Part shown: piece after piece, positions 27,744 to 36,419 of the stretch
Layout: each line of letters opens with the position of its first letter
Numbering within the stretch: the first letter of the stretch is position 1
Assembly (NCBI GenBank): GCA_964441715.1
Contig: CAYTYL010000001.1
Coordinates: 902 to 64,901, forward strand
Direction of reading: 5' to 3'
Source of the DNA: an uncultured Muribaculaceae bacterium
GTDB lineage: Bacteria > Bacteroidota > Bacteroidia > Bacteroidales > UBA932
Length of the DNA: 64,000 bases
Notes under the pieces: generated by a model
Seen by the model: only the letters and a program-made list of their open reading frames with translations
Told to the model about the DNA's origin: nothing
Database searches by the model: none
Translations under genes and position numbers: made by a program

Positions 27744-28742
27744 TTATTTCCCGGCTTTGGTCACGATTGCCGTCATGCCCGGACGCAGACCCTCCACCGC
27801 ACCGTCAGGAACGGCTCTCACCTCGAAGGTTTTGGCGTCATACATTCCCGTCTCCTTGGTAGCCTTCCATGTAGCATAGGACTCGCGGACGGCGAGATAG
27901 TTTACGGTCGCCGTGCACTCCTTTCCGTCAAGGGCAGGTATCGAGACAGTGATCCTGTCTCCCTGCTTAAGACCGTGGAGATAGTCTTCGCGTACATTGA
28001 AAGTGAACCACATGTCGCTCAGATCGGTTATGGTCATTATCGGAGACCCTTGTCCCACCAGTTCTCCCGCTTTGGGGAACGTGGCCGACACTATCCCGTC
28101 GGAAGGAGCGGTGAGGAAGAGTTCGCCGAGGTAGGACTCAACCTCCATCATGGCCCCCTGTGCCTGGCTCACCAAAGCTTCGGCAGCCGCCTTGTCTTCT
28201 TTTCGGGCACCGTTCACAGCCATGTCATAAGAACTCTTCGCCGCCTTTGCCTGAGCCGCGGCCGCATCGTAACGCGCCTTTGTCTCATCATATTTCTGGG
28301 CGGAAACCACTTCCTGATCATACAGTTTCTGAATCCTTTCGAACGACTTCCTCAGCACTTCTTCCTGGACCAGAGCCTGCTGCCACAGTTCGTAAGCTCC
28401 GCTTATCTGTTCCTGACGCGCACCGTTCAACGCCTTGTCTCTCTGGGCGGAAGCGGCATTGATGGCCGCCCGTGCCTGTGCAAGCTTGGCACGCACTTCG
28501 GGCGAATCTATGTACACGACCGTGTCTCCTTTGTGGACCATGGACCCTTCCTTGACGTAGAGTTCCTCCACTCTCCCGGGCACTTTGCCTGAAACACGGT
28601 ATTCGCTCGCCTCCGCTTCGCCCTGAATTACGAGGGGTTTAGGCTTGGAGACAAAATATCCTATGACAGCTATCAGGAGGATGATCCCTATCAGGGCAAT
28701 CATCCCTATGACAAGATTGTATGATTTCTTTTTCTGCTCCAT
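27744..28742 (-). CDS. HlyD-family membrane fusion protein
   Basis: The protein has one N-terminal TM helix, a lipoyl-like segment (GEAEASEYRVSGKVPGRVEELYVKEGSMVHKGD), a coiled coil and a beta-barrel. I chose the start at 28742. Confidence 0.8.
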   Translation of the reverse strand: MEQKKKSYNLVIGMIALIGIILLIAVIGYFVSKPKPLVIQGEAEASEYRVSGKVPGRVEELYVKEGSMVHKGDTVVYIDSPEVRAKLAQARAAINAASAQRDKALNGARQEQISGAYELWQQALVQEEVLRKSFERIQKLYDQEVVSAQKYDETKARYDAAAAQAKAAKSSYDMAVNGARKEDKAAAEALVSQAQGAMMEVESYLGELFLTAPSDGIVSATFPKAGELVGQGSPIMTITDLSDMWFTFNVREDYLHGLKQGDRITVSIPALDGKECTATVNYLAVRESYATWKATKETGMYDAKTFEVRAVPDGAVEGLRPGMTAIVTKAGK

Positions 28743-28764
28743 TGTCTGTTTTTGTCTATGATCT

Positions 28765-30297
28765 TTACTTTCCCGATGGCTGTCCGAAAGATACGGGCAG
28801 GTTGTCACCTTCGGCTTTCTGAAGGTTGACATGGTTCATCTGAAGTTCTATGCCGGCATCGATGTATTCGGACTGTGCCTGAAGCCATGCCGTATGGGCG
28901 GAGAGAGCCGTGTTCGTGTTAATCACCCCTTCTTCAAATCCCGCGGTCGCGGTCCTGAGATTCTCTTCAGCACTGCTCAGGTTGTTCTCCGCCATCTGAA
29001 GTTTTTCCAGAGTTTCGGTCTGCTGTTTTCTCAGCTGGCTGACCTGCAGATTGATAAGATTTTTTGCATCTTCGTACTGACTTCTGTACAAAGTGGCTTC
29101 CGCCTTGGCCTTGCGTGTTTTGTTGAGGGCCTCGAAACCATGGAAGATGGGGATGTTCACAAGCACTCCGGCACTGAACATGCCGCCGAATTCCTTGGAA
29201 AACCCGTTGTAGGGATTGGGGTTCGCCATCGTATAGCCGGCCATGAGGGCTACCTGGGGAAGCATGTCCGCCCTTGCCACGGTGATTTTCTTTTCGTAGA
29301 TATCGCTCGCGATGCTGAGACTCCTGGTTTCCGGCCTGTCGCCGTATATCTGCTCCATGTCTTTCTGTGCAAGGACATCCGGAACAGGGATGGCATCGAG
29401 ATTCTCGTCCGCAAGAAGCACGTCGCTGTCCAAAGGAAGACCTATCTGCTTGCAAAGCAACATCTTGGCAAGGGTAAGTCCGTTTTCGGCCTGAGTCTTC
29501 ATCATGTCCGCCTCGTTGGACTTGACCTTTATCTGGAGTCCGTCCGATTTTGTGGCTACGCCCTCGGCAATGGCGATTTCCACATCCTTTTCCATCTTGC
29601 GCAGAAGGTCGGAGTACGAATCTGCAAGCTTCTTTTTGTTGGCGAGGGAAACTATCTGCCAATAAGCCTGATCAACGTCCACTACGGTCTCCTGATACTG
29701 CTGATCGTACTGTGACTTGGACAAGTTCTCGGCAAGTCTCGCTATCTGGTTGGCAGCTATGATCTTTCCTCCCATGAACACAGGCTGCTGCAATGTGACG
29801 GCACCTGCGAGCACATTCTGCATGTCCACATGGAACTTGTCGTCAATCTGCGCTCCTATCCCGTTGATCGCCGCGGCTATCTCCCCGCTCTGCGCTTTCT
29901 GCATCACGGACTGGAAAAGAGGGTTGGTCATTATCTTCTGGGCCGCGGCGGGATCGGAAGCCATGATCTGCTGTACGATTCCCTGCAGCGATTCGGTCGC
30001 ACTTTGGACCAGTCCGGTCCCGGAGTTTCTCAATGCCGATGAAGTTTTGTCATCGATCAGGGAAATCTTTTCTGAATTGTAAAGATAAGCCCCGGTGGCA
30101 GATATCTTCGGAAAATAGTTTGCAAGAGCTATCTTCCTGTCATAGCCTGACATTTCCACACGGGTCCGGGACTGTTCCAGCTCTTTGTTGTTCTCTATGG
30201 CCATCTGCCTGCATTCGTCCAGAGTCAGAGTGCGCTGCGCGGACGCCCCGATCGGAAGGAATGCAAGGACAGCGAAGATGAGCGTAAGTTTTTTCAT
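28765..30297 (-). CDS. TolC-family outer membrane efflux protein
   Basis: The protein has a signal peptide (MKKLTLIFAVLAFLPIGASAQ), the start LTLDECRQMAIENNKELEQ and the duplicated TolC repeat pattern. I chose the start at 30297. Confidence 0.8.
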   Translation of the reverse strand: MKKLTLIFAVLAFLPIGASAQRTLTLDECRQMAIENNKELEQSRTRVEMSGYDRKIALANYFPKISATGAYLYNSEKISLIDDKTSSALRNSGTGLVQSATESLQGIVQQIMASDPAAAQKIMTNPLFQSVMQKAQSGEIAAAINGIGAQIDDKFHVDMQNVLAGAVTLQQPVFMGGKIIAANQIARLAENLSKSQYDQQYQETVVDVDQAYWQIVSLANKKKLADSYSDLLRKMEKDVEIAIAEGVATKSDGLQIKVKSNEADMMKTQAENGLTLAKMLLCKQIGLPLDSDVLLADENLDAIPVPDVLAQKDMEQIYGDRPETRSLSIASDIYEKKITVARADMLPQVALMAGYTMANPNPYNGFSKEFGGMFSAGVLVNIPIFHGFEALNKTRKAKAEATLYRSQYEDAKNLINLQVSQLRKQQTETLEKLQMAENNLSSAEENLRTATAGFEEGVINTNTALSAHTAWLQAQSEYIDAGIELQMNHVNLQKAEGDNLPVSFGQPSGK

Positions 30298-30382
30298 AAA
30301 ATTTTTATTTTTTTCTTTTATCCCGGTCTGTTTCCGCCGGATTTTTCTCCAAAAAAATTTTTTACTTGCAAAAAAGTTGCCT

Positions 30383-30411
30383 ATTTTGGTCAAATGTATT
30401 GAATTTTGGTC
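30383..30411. promoter_or_regulatory. Direct repeat ATTTTGGTC x2, 20 bp apart, in the AraC/TolC divergent region (candidate operator)
   Basis: The copies lie at 30383-30391 and 30403-30411, and both are followed by (A/C)AAT. Confidence 0.4.
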
Positions 30412-30503
30412 CAATCGCTGGTATATTCGTATAAAAACGAATAGCCTGCCTCCCGGTAAAGCTCCGGCCACAAGCTCACCGCGGTTGACAAAACGAGAGA
30501 AAT

Positions 30504-31433
30504 ATGTCCGAAAATTTTTACGAAGCCGACATAGCGACGCTTAAAACGCTATTCCCGCAATATGCCGACAATCAGCTCGGAAATGACATGATCATCGCCA
30601 AGCTCAGCATGGGAGAATCCCTGGAGTTTCTGCGAGAACCGTTCCGTTTCAAAGGATACATGGCCATTTTCTGCCTGAAGGGGTCCTTTTCGATGAACCT
30701 GAATCTCAAGAAGTATGACGTCCATGAGAATTCATTGATTTTCAGCATTCCGGGCTACATCATGAGCCTTTCCGAGATGGAAAGCGACAAAGAGCTGGAA
30801 TTCATCCTCATAGCTCTCTCCCAGGAAGTGGTGTCCACCATCAGGTTCGACTTCAACAGGCTGTTTTCCGAAAGCATCCGGATTCTGGACAATCCCGTCA
30901 TAAACCTGAGCGGAGACGAGCTCGGAATCGTCAAGGATTATTTCTCGCTCGCGCTGAAGGTGTCTTTTTCCGACATAACCAACAAGGAAGGCATCCTCAC
31001 TCCGTTCATATCCTCTCTCCTTTACGTGGTCGCCTCATCATGGTTCAAGAAATACGAAAAGGCCAAAGAGATTGCCAAGATTCCCAAGCACACGGCCAGG
31101 ACCTCGCTTATCTATGAGAATTTCCTCAGGCTCGTCACGGAATATCACAATTCCGAGAGAAAGGTGTCATTCTATGCGGACGAGCTCTGCCTTTCGCCGA
31201 AATACCTTTCCAAAATCGTCAAGCAGGTAAGCGGCAAGACCGCTCCCGAATGGATTGATTCGTTCGTCATTCTGGAAGCCAAGAACATGCTGCGCTACTC
31301 AAACTGTTCCATAAAGGAAATAGTTTTCAAGCTGCATTTTACGAGCCAGTCGGTATTCTACAAGTTTTTCAAGAACCACACCGGGCAGACTCCCAGCGAC
31401 TACCGGGACAGAGAGAAAAAGCCGGCAAAGTAG
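30504..31433 (+). CDS. AraC-family transcription regulator
   Basis: The C-terminus carries a double HTH (ELCLSPKYLSKIVKQVSGKTAPEWI ... FTSQSVFYKFFKNHTGQTPSDYR). Confidence 0.85.
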   Translation: MSENFYEADIATLKTLFPQYADNQLGNDMIIAKLSMGESLEFLREPFRFKGYMAIFCLKGSFSMNLNLKKYDVHENSLIFSIPGYIMSLSEMESDKELEFILIALSQEVVSTIRFDFNRLFSESIRILDNPVINLSGDELGIVKDYFSLALKVSFSDITNKEGILTPFISSLLYVVASSWFKKYEKAKEIAKIPKHTARTSLIYENFLRLVTEYHNSERKVSFYADELCLSPKYLSKIVKQVSGKTAPEWIDSFVILEAKNMLRYSNCSIKEIVFKLHFTSQSVFYKFFKNHTGQTPSDYRDREKKPAK

Positions 31434-31436
31434 AAG

Positions 31437-33914
31437 ATGTTTTTTTCCGTCAAAGTCAGATATGACACCGTATGGGGAGAGGAGCTGAAACTGCGTCTGC
31501 ACGATGGGCTTCTGCCCATGGAGTATTCTTCCCCGGGAACATGGACGGCGGAATTCGAAGGGGACGGACGCTACTCTTTCGAATTGTGGAAGGACGGCAG
31601 ATGCATGAGAAAGGAATGGCGCGGACATGAACTGAGACGCGTAAAATGCGGAAAAGGACAGAACCGCATAGTTGTCCGCGACAGGTGGAAGGATGTTCCG
31701 GAAGATTCACCTTTCTATTCCGATTTCTTCACTGAAGTGATTTTCAGGAGAAAGGAACGCAAGCACGGAACGGCATCAAAGCATCCGGAGGCGAATCTCC
31801 TTTTTCTGGCAGACTGTCCTCAGGTCCGTCCGGAACTGGTTCCGGCCATGAGCGGAAGCGGCCCGCTGTTCGATGACTGGAAAAGATTCCTGCCTCTTGA
31901 AGGGAGAGGAGCCCCCCGATGGGAGATAAGCCTGAATGCGGATGCTCCTTTCGAGTACAAATTTCTGCTGCTGGACAGGAACAGCATGAGACCATTCGCA
32001 TGGGAAGAGGGCAGAAACCGCCGCATTGACGGAATCCCGTCCGGAGGAAGCCTGCTCGTCATGGCCGATGCCGTGCCGGCATTTCCCCTGAAAGCATGGC
32101 GGGGCTCGGGAACGGCGGTCCCGGTTTTTTCCCTGCGCGGAAAAGATGATTTCGGCGTCGGAGAGTTCAAGGACATACGCCCTCTGGCAGACTGGGCCTC
32201 ATCCTGCGGCATGAACGTTCTGCAGTTTCTTCCCGTCAACGACACCACTCTGACCCGCAGCAGACTCGACTCCTACCCCTACAATGCCGTGTCGGCGTTT
32301 GCGCTCCACCCCCAGTACATAAGTCTATCCGACGCCGGCGTAAGGCTCGGGAAAAAAGACAAGGCGACAGCCGCCGAACTCGACGCCCTCCCGGCGCTGG
32401 ACTACGAGAGAGTCAACTCGGAGAAGGAGAGGCTGCTGAGAAAAGCCTATCCTTCATTCAGAAAGTCCCTGGACAATCCGGAGATCAGGAAGGAATATGA
32501 CCGTTTCATGAACAGAAACCGGGAATGGCTTCTGCCGTATTCCGTCTTTTCCTGCATCAGGGACGAGAGGGGAACTTCCGACTTTGCTTCATGGGGCGAA
32601 TACGCCGTGTATTCGGGGAGAAAGGCGAAAGAATATGCTGACGCACATGAGCATGAAACCGGTTTCTACTTCTACGAGCAATTCATTCTGGACAGGCAGC
32701 TGAAAGATGCGAGGGATTACGCCCATTCAAAAGGCATCTGTCTGAAAGGGGACCTGCCGATAGGCATAAGCCGTTGCAGCGTGGACGCATGGACTCATCC
32801 GGAACTGTTCAGACTGGATTCACAGGCAGGCGCCCCTCCCGATTTTTTCTCCGTAGACGGACAGAACTGGGGCTTTCCCACCTACAACTGGGAGAAGATG
32901 GCCGAAGACGGTTTCGCATGGTGGAAAAAACGTATGCGCCGCCTGGGAGAGTATTTCGACTGCCTGAGGATTGACCATATACTCGGGTTTTTCCGGATCT
33001 GGGAAATTCCCCGGCCGTTCCGCAGCGGACTGACCGGCCATTTCAACCCTGCGCTTCCCTATTCCGGACAGGAACTCGAAGACAAAGGTTTCCATATCGG
33101 CGAAGGCACCGCCTTTTTCGCAGGGAAGAATACCGTAAAGAAAGATGCCGTAAAGGATGAGAATCTGCGGCCCGATGTCCTTTTCCTGGAAGATCCGCGC
33201 AAGCCTGGATTCTTCCACCCGGCCATAGCAGGAAAGGGCTCTACGGCATACAAGAAGCTGGACGGCGGCATGAAGAAGGTCTATGATGCCCTGTACGAGG
33301 ATTTCTTCTACCACAGACATGAGCGGTTCTGGAGGGACGGGGCGATGAGAAAGCTGCCTCCGCTGCTCAAATCCACAGGGATGCTCGTCTGCGGAGAAGA
33401 TCTGGGCATGATTCCGGGATGCGTCCCGGAGGTAATGAAGGAGCTGAGAATCCTGTCGCTGGAGATACAGCGTATGCCGAAAAAATACGGGGAGGAGTTC
33501 GCCGACCCTGCGCAGTACCCCTACCTCTCGGTCTGCGCCACGGGCACGCATGACACCAGCAACCTACGCTCTTGGTGGCGGGAGGACAAGGACGCCACCC
33601 GGCGCTATTACTACGGATTTCTCCATTGTGACGGCTATGCTCCGCAGGACTGCGGGCCGCTCTTGTGTGAAAAAATCATCCGGAAACATCTTGAGTCCCC
33701 TTCCATGCTCTGCATCCTCCCGCTGCAGGACTGGCTTTCCCTTGACGGGGAACTGCGCTACCCGGGAAACCCGGACGATGAACGGATAAACGTACCGGCC
33801 GTACCGCATTTTTACTGGCGGTACAGGATGCATCTCCCTCTGGAAAGACTGACTGCCGACAAAGATTTCAGCCTGCTCATTCGTGAGATGAATTCCGATG
33901 CGGGCCGCGGGTAA
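31437..33914 (+). CDS. malQ: 4-alpha-glucanotransferase (GH77) with N-terminal starch-binding-like domains
   Basis: The protein has GH77 signatures (VPVFSLR, DSYPY, RIDHILGFFRIWEIP, CGEDLG, THD) in the long form typical of Bacteroidota. Confidence 0.85.
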   Translation: MFFSVKVRYDTVWGEELKLRLHDGLLPMEYSSPGTWTAEFEGDGRYSFELWKDGRCMRKEWRGHELRRVKCGKGQNRIVVRDRWKDVPEDSPFYSDFFTEVIFRRKERKHGTASKHPEANLLFLADCPQVRPELVPAMSGSGPLFDDWKRFLPLEGRGAPRWEISLNADAPFEYKFLLLDRNSMRPFAWEEGRNRRIDGIPSGGSLLVMADAVPAFPLKAWRGSGTAVPVFSLRGKDDFGVGEFKDIRPLADWASSCGMNVLQFLPVNDTTLTRSRLDSYPYNAVSAFALHPQYISLSDAGVRLGKKDKATAAELDALPALDYERVNSEKERLLRKAYPSFRKSLDNPEIRKEYDRFMNRNREWLLPYSVFSCIRDERGTSDFASWGEYAVYSGRKAKEYADAHEHETGFYFYEQFILDRQLKDARDYAHSKGICLKGDLPIGISRCSVDAWTHPELFRLDSQAGAPPDFFSVDGQNWGFPTYNWEKMAEDGFAWWKKRMRRLGEYFDCLRIDHILGFFRIWEIPRPFRSGLTGHFNPALPYSGQELEDKGFHIGEGTAFFAGKNTVKKDAVKDENLRPDVLFLEDPRKPGFFHPAIAGKGSTAYKKLDGGMKKVYDALYEDFFYHRHERFWRDGAMRKLPPLLKSTGMLVCGEDLGMIPGCVPEVMKELRILSLEIQRMPKKYGEEFADPAQYPYLSVCATGTHDTSNLRSWWREDKDATRRYYYGFLHCDGYAPQDCGPLLCEKIIRKHLESPSMLCILPLQDWLSLDGELRYPGNPDDERINVPAVPHFYWRYRMHLPLERLTADKDFSLLIREMNSDAGRG

Positions 33915-33952
33915 ACGGCAAAAAAAAATTCGCGATTGTCATTATAGCTTGT

Positions 33953-33960
33953 TAAATTTG
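33953..33960 (+). promoter_or_regulatory. -7 box TAAATTTG upstream of rdgB-recO
   Basis: TAAATTTG lies at 33953-33960, 28 nt before ATG 33989. Confidence 0.4.
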
Positions 33961-33988
33961 TATGGCTACGTTTTAGTTCATCATAAAA

Positions 33989-34606
33989 ATGAAAAGACTG
34001 ATATTCGCTACAGGAAACCATGACAAGATAAGGGAAGCTGCCGAGATTCTCGGAGACGGGTACGTGATATGGACTCCTGAAATGTATGGAATCACTGAAG
34101 AAATTCCGGAAACAGGGGATACGTTGAGGAAGAATTCCATTCAGAAAGCCATGTACGTCCACGAACGAGCCGGAATGGATTGCTTTGCCGACGATACCGG
34201 ACTGGAAGTCAATGTCCTGAACGGAGCTCCGGGAGTCAATACGGCGCGCTATGCAGGTCCATGGCACGATTCCGCCGCGAATATGGCCAAACTGCTTAAA
34301 GAAATGGAAGGGAAGACGGACAGAAAGGCATGCTTCCGCACCGTGGTGACACTGTACATGGACAAAGGTCTGTACACATTTGAAGGCGAGGTTAAGGGCA
34401 GGATAGGGTTCACCCAGCACGGCCACGGCGGATTCGGATACGATCCCGTTTTCATTCCCGATGAGATTCCCGATGAAAAAGGCATGACGGCACGCAACGT
34501 GCGCGATCTCACCATGGCCGAACTCAGCGAAGAGCAGAAAAACCTCATCTCCCACAGAGGCAAGGCCCTCAGGGCTATGGCAGATTTTCTCAGGACCCTG
34601 CAATGA
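33989..34606 (+). CDS. rdgB: Non-canonical purine NTP pyrophosphatase (RdgB/HAM1)
   Basis: The protein carries FATGNHDKIRE, ADDTGLEV and GFGYDPVF. Confidence 0.9.
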   Translation: MKRLIFATGNHDKIREAAEILGDGYVIWTPEMYGITEEIPETGDTLRKNSIQKAMYVHERAGMDCFADDTGLEVNVLNGAPGVNTARYAGPWHDSAANMAKLLKEMEGKTDRKACFRTVVTLYMDKGLYTFEGEVKGRIGFTQHGHGGFGYDPVFIPDEIPDEKGMTARNVRDLTMAELSEEQKNLISHRGKALRAMADFLRTLQ

Positions 34607-35256
34607 CGGAAGATGTCAGGCTCATAGTCCTCGCCTACACTAAATACGGCGAAAAATCGATTGTCCTTCATGCGCTTTCGCGCGAATACGGAAGACGCGG
34701 CTTCCTGGTCCGGGCGGTAAAAGGATCCGCCATGTCCATGTTCCTGCCTCTGAACATCGTGGAGGCAAGCGTCAGGGAGAATCCGAAGTCGTCTCTGCTC
34801 GCGGCCGACGGTTTTTCCGCCCTCTACCCCCTGAACGGAATAAGGGACAATCTCAGCAAAAACGCCATGACGATGTTCATGAGCGAAGTTCTGTACCGCG
34901 TCATAAAGGACGGGACAAATGAGGAAGGACTTTTCGACTGGTGCATGAAATCCATAATAACCCTGGACTCTCTGCCTGCAGGAGGATTCGGCAACTATCA
35001 CATACGGTTCCTGCTGGAACTGGCATCCGCGCTGGGCTTCACTCCGTCCGAGGAGGACATGAAGCCTTTTTCGTCTTCGCACCTGGGAGAAATTTCCCTG
35101 ATGGTGAAGCTTCCTCTCGCCGAGGCCATGCTGCTCCCTCTGTCGGGCGCATCGCGGAGCGAAATCTGCAAAGACATCCTCAAGTACCTCGAATACCACA
35201 CTGAATCGACCATAAACATAAAATCACTGGACGTTCTCAGAGAATTGTTTCACTGA
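34603..35256 (+). CDS. recO: DNA repair protein RecO
   Basis: Size, the N-terminal OB-fold pattern (IVLAYTKYGEKSIVLHALSREYGR) and the ATGA overlap with rdgB all fit RecO. Confidence 0.7.
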   Translation: MTEDVRLIVLAYTKYGEKSIVLHALSREYGRRGFLVRAVKGSAMSMFLPLNIVEASVRENPKSSLLAADGFSALYPLNGIRDNLSKNAMTMFMSEVLYRVIKDGTNEEGLFDWCMKSIITLDSLPAGGFGNYHIRFLLELASALGFTPSEEDMKPFSSSHLGEISLMVKLPLAEAMLLPLSGASRSEICKDILKYLEYHTESTINIKSLDVLRELFH

Positions 35257-35282
35257 GACATGCTCCGAAACATTTCCAAAAA

Positions 35283-36419
35283 ATGAAAAAGAATCACAGC
35301 TGGATTAAAGACTCGTTCATTTTTCTCGTCCTCACGGGACTGTTCTTCGGCGTGCTCGGCCACTTCATGGGCGGGAAAAACATGATGAGCACCATCATGT
35401 CCACCGCACACGATCTGATTCTCAACACGGTGTTCTACCTCATGGGCATCATAGTCCTGGCCGGAGCCCTCAGCTCCCTGTTTTCGGAATTCGGAGTGCT
35501 GAAACTGCTTGAAAAGATTCTGACGCCGCTCATGAAACCGCTTTTCAACCTTCCCGGTGTAGCGGCATTGGGTGCGGTGATGACCTTCATGTCGGACAAC
35601 CCCGCAATCATGACCCTTTCCAAGGACAGACAGTTCAGTTCATATTTCAAGAAGTACCAGATGGCTTCGCTCATCAACTTCGGAACGGCATTCGGAATGG
35701 GCTTCGTCGTGCTCATCACCATGATAGGCTACGACACCGCAGCGGCGCTTACGGGCCTCGCGGCCGCTTTCGTGGGGGCGGTCATATCCACACGCCTGTT
35801 TCAGCGGTCAGTCCTGAAGGCGGATCCGTCCCTTGATTCACAATACGTTCCCGAGCTGAACGAGGAAGACATAAAGGAAGAAAAAGATGAAGAAACCCAG
35901 ACAGGCGTGTTCATGCGCTTCCTCAACGCTCTGCTCGACGGAGGCAAGAAGGGCGTGGAACTGAGCATGTCCATCATCCCGGGCGTGGTGATAATCACCA
36001 CTTTCGTAATCATGCTTACCTTCGGCCCGGGAGAATCGGGCGAATACACCGGAGGCGCAGGAGAAGGAGTCCCGGTGCTGCCCTGGCTCGCGGAAAAGGT
36101 CCACTGGATCTTCGAATGGCTGTTCGGGCTCACGGACATGAAGCTCATAGCTTTTCCGATGACGGCCCTCGGTGCGGTGGGCGCGGCTCTCGGACTGCTG
36201 CCCACATTCAATGCGGCAGGTGCCCTGGACGGAAATGCGGTAGCCGTATTCACGGCCATAGGCATGGTGTGGAGCGGTTTCCTCTCCACCCACACCGCGC
36301 TCATGGACTCCATCGGTTTCCGCAAGTTTGTCCCCAAAGCGATTCTCACCCACACTGTCGCAGGTCTCATCGCCGGAGTCCTGGCCCATCTGTTCTATCT
36401 CCTTTTGTCGCTTTTGTAG
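35283..36419 (+). CDS. Polytopic membrane protein, nucleoside-recognition (Gate) domain-like
   Basis: This is a multi-TM protein with an acidic cytoplasmic loop (EEDIKEEKDEE). The family assignment is tentative. Confidence 0.5.
   Translation: MKKNHSWIKDSFIFLVLTGLFFGVLGHFMGGKNMMSTIMSTAHDLILNTVFYLMGIIVLAGALSSLFSEFGVLKLLEKILTPLMKPLFNLPGVAALGAVMTFMSDNPAIMTLSKDRQFSSYFKKYQMASLINFGTAFGMGFVVLITMIGYDTAAALTGLAAAFVGAVISTRLFQRSVLKADPSLDSQYVPELNEEDIKEEKDEETQTGVFMRFLNALLDGGKKGVELSMSIIPGVVIITTFVIMLTFGPGESGEYTGGAGEGVPVLPWLAEKVHWIFEWLFGLTDMKLIAFPMTALGAVGAALGLLPTFNAAGALDGNAVAVFTAIGMVWSGFLSTHTALMDSIGFRKFVPKAILTHTVAGLIAGVLAHLFYLLLSLL

Noticed and set aside
36395-36419. Two convergent gene pairs overlap at their 3' ends: the membrane protein gene with rnr by 25 nt here, and the S41 peptidase gene with the endonuclease gene by 24 nt at 42075-42098.
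   Set aside because: The overlaps are real in the sequence, but such short convergent overlaps are common in compact bacterial genomes. Nothing here points to a specific regulatory function.
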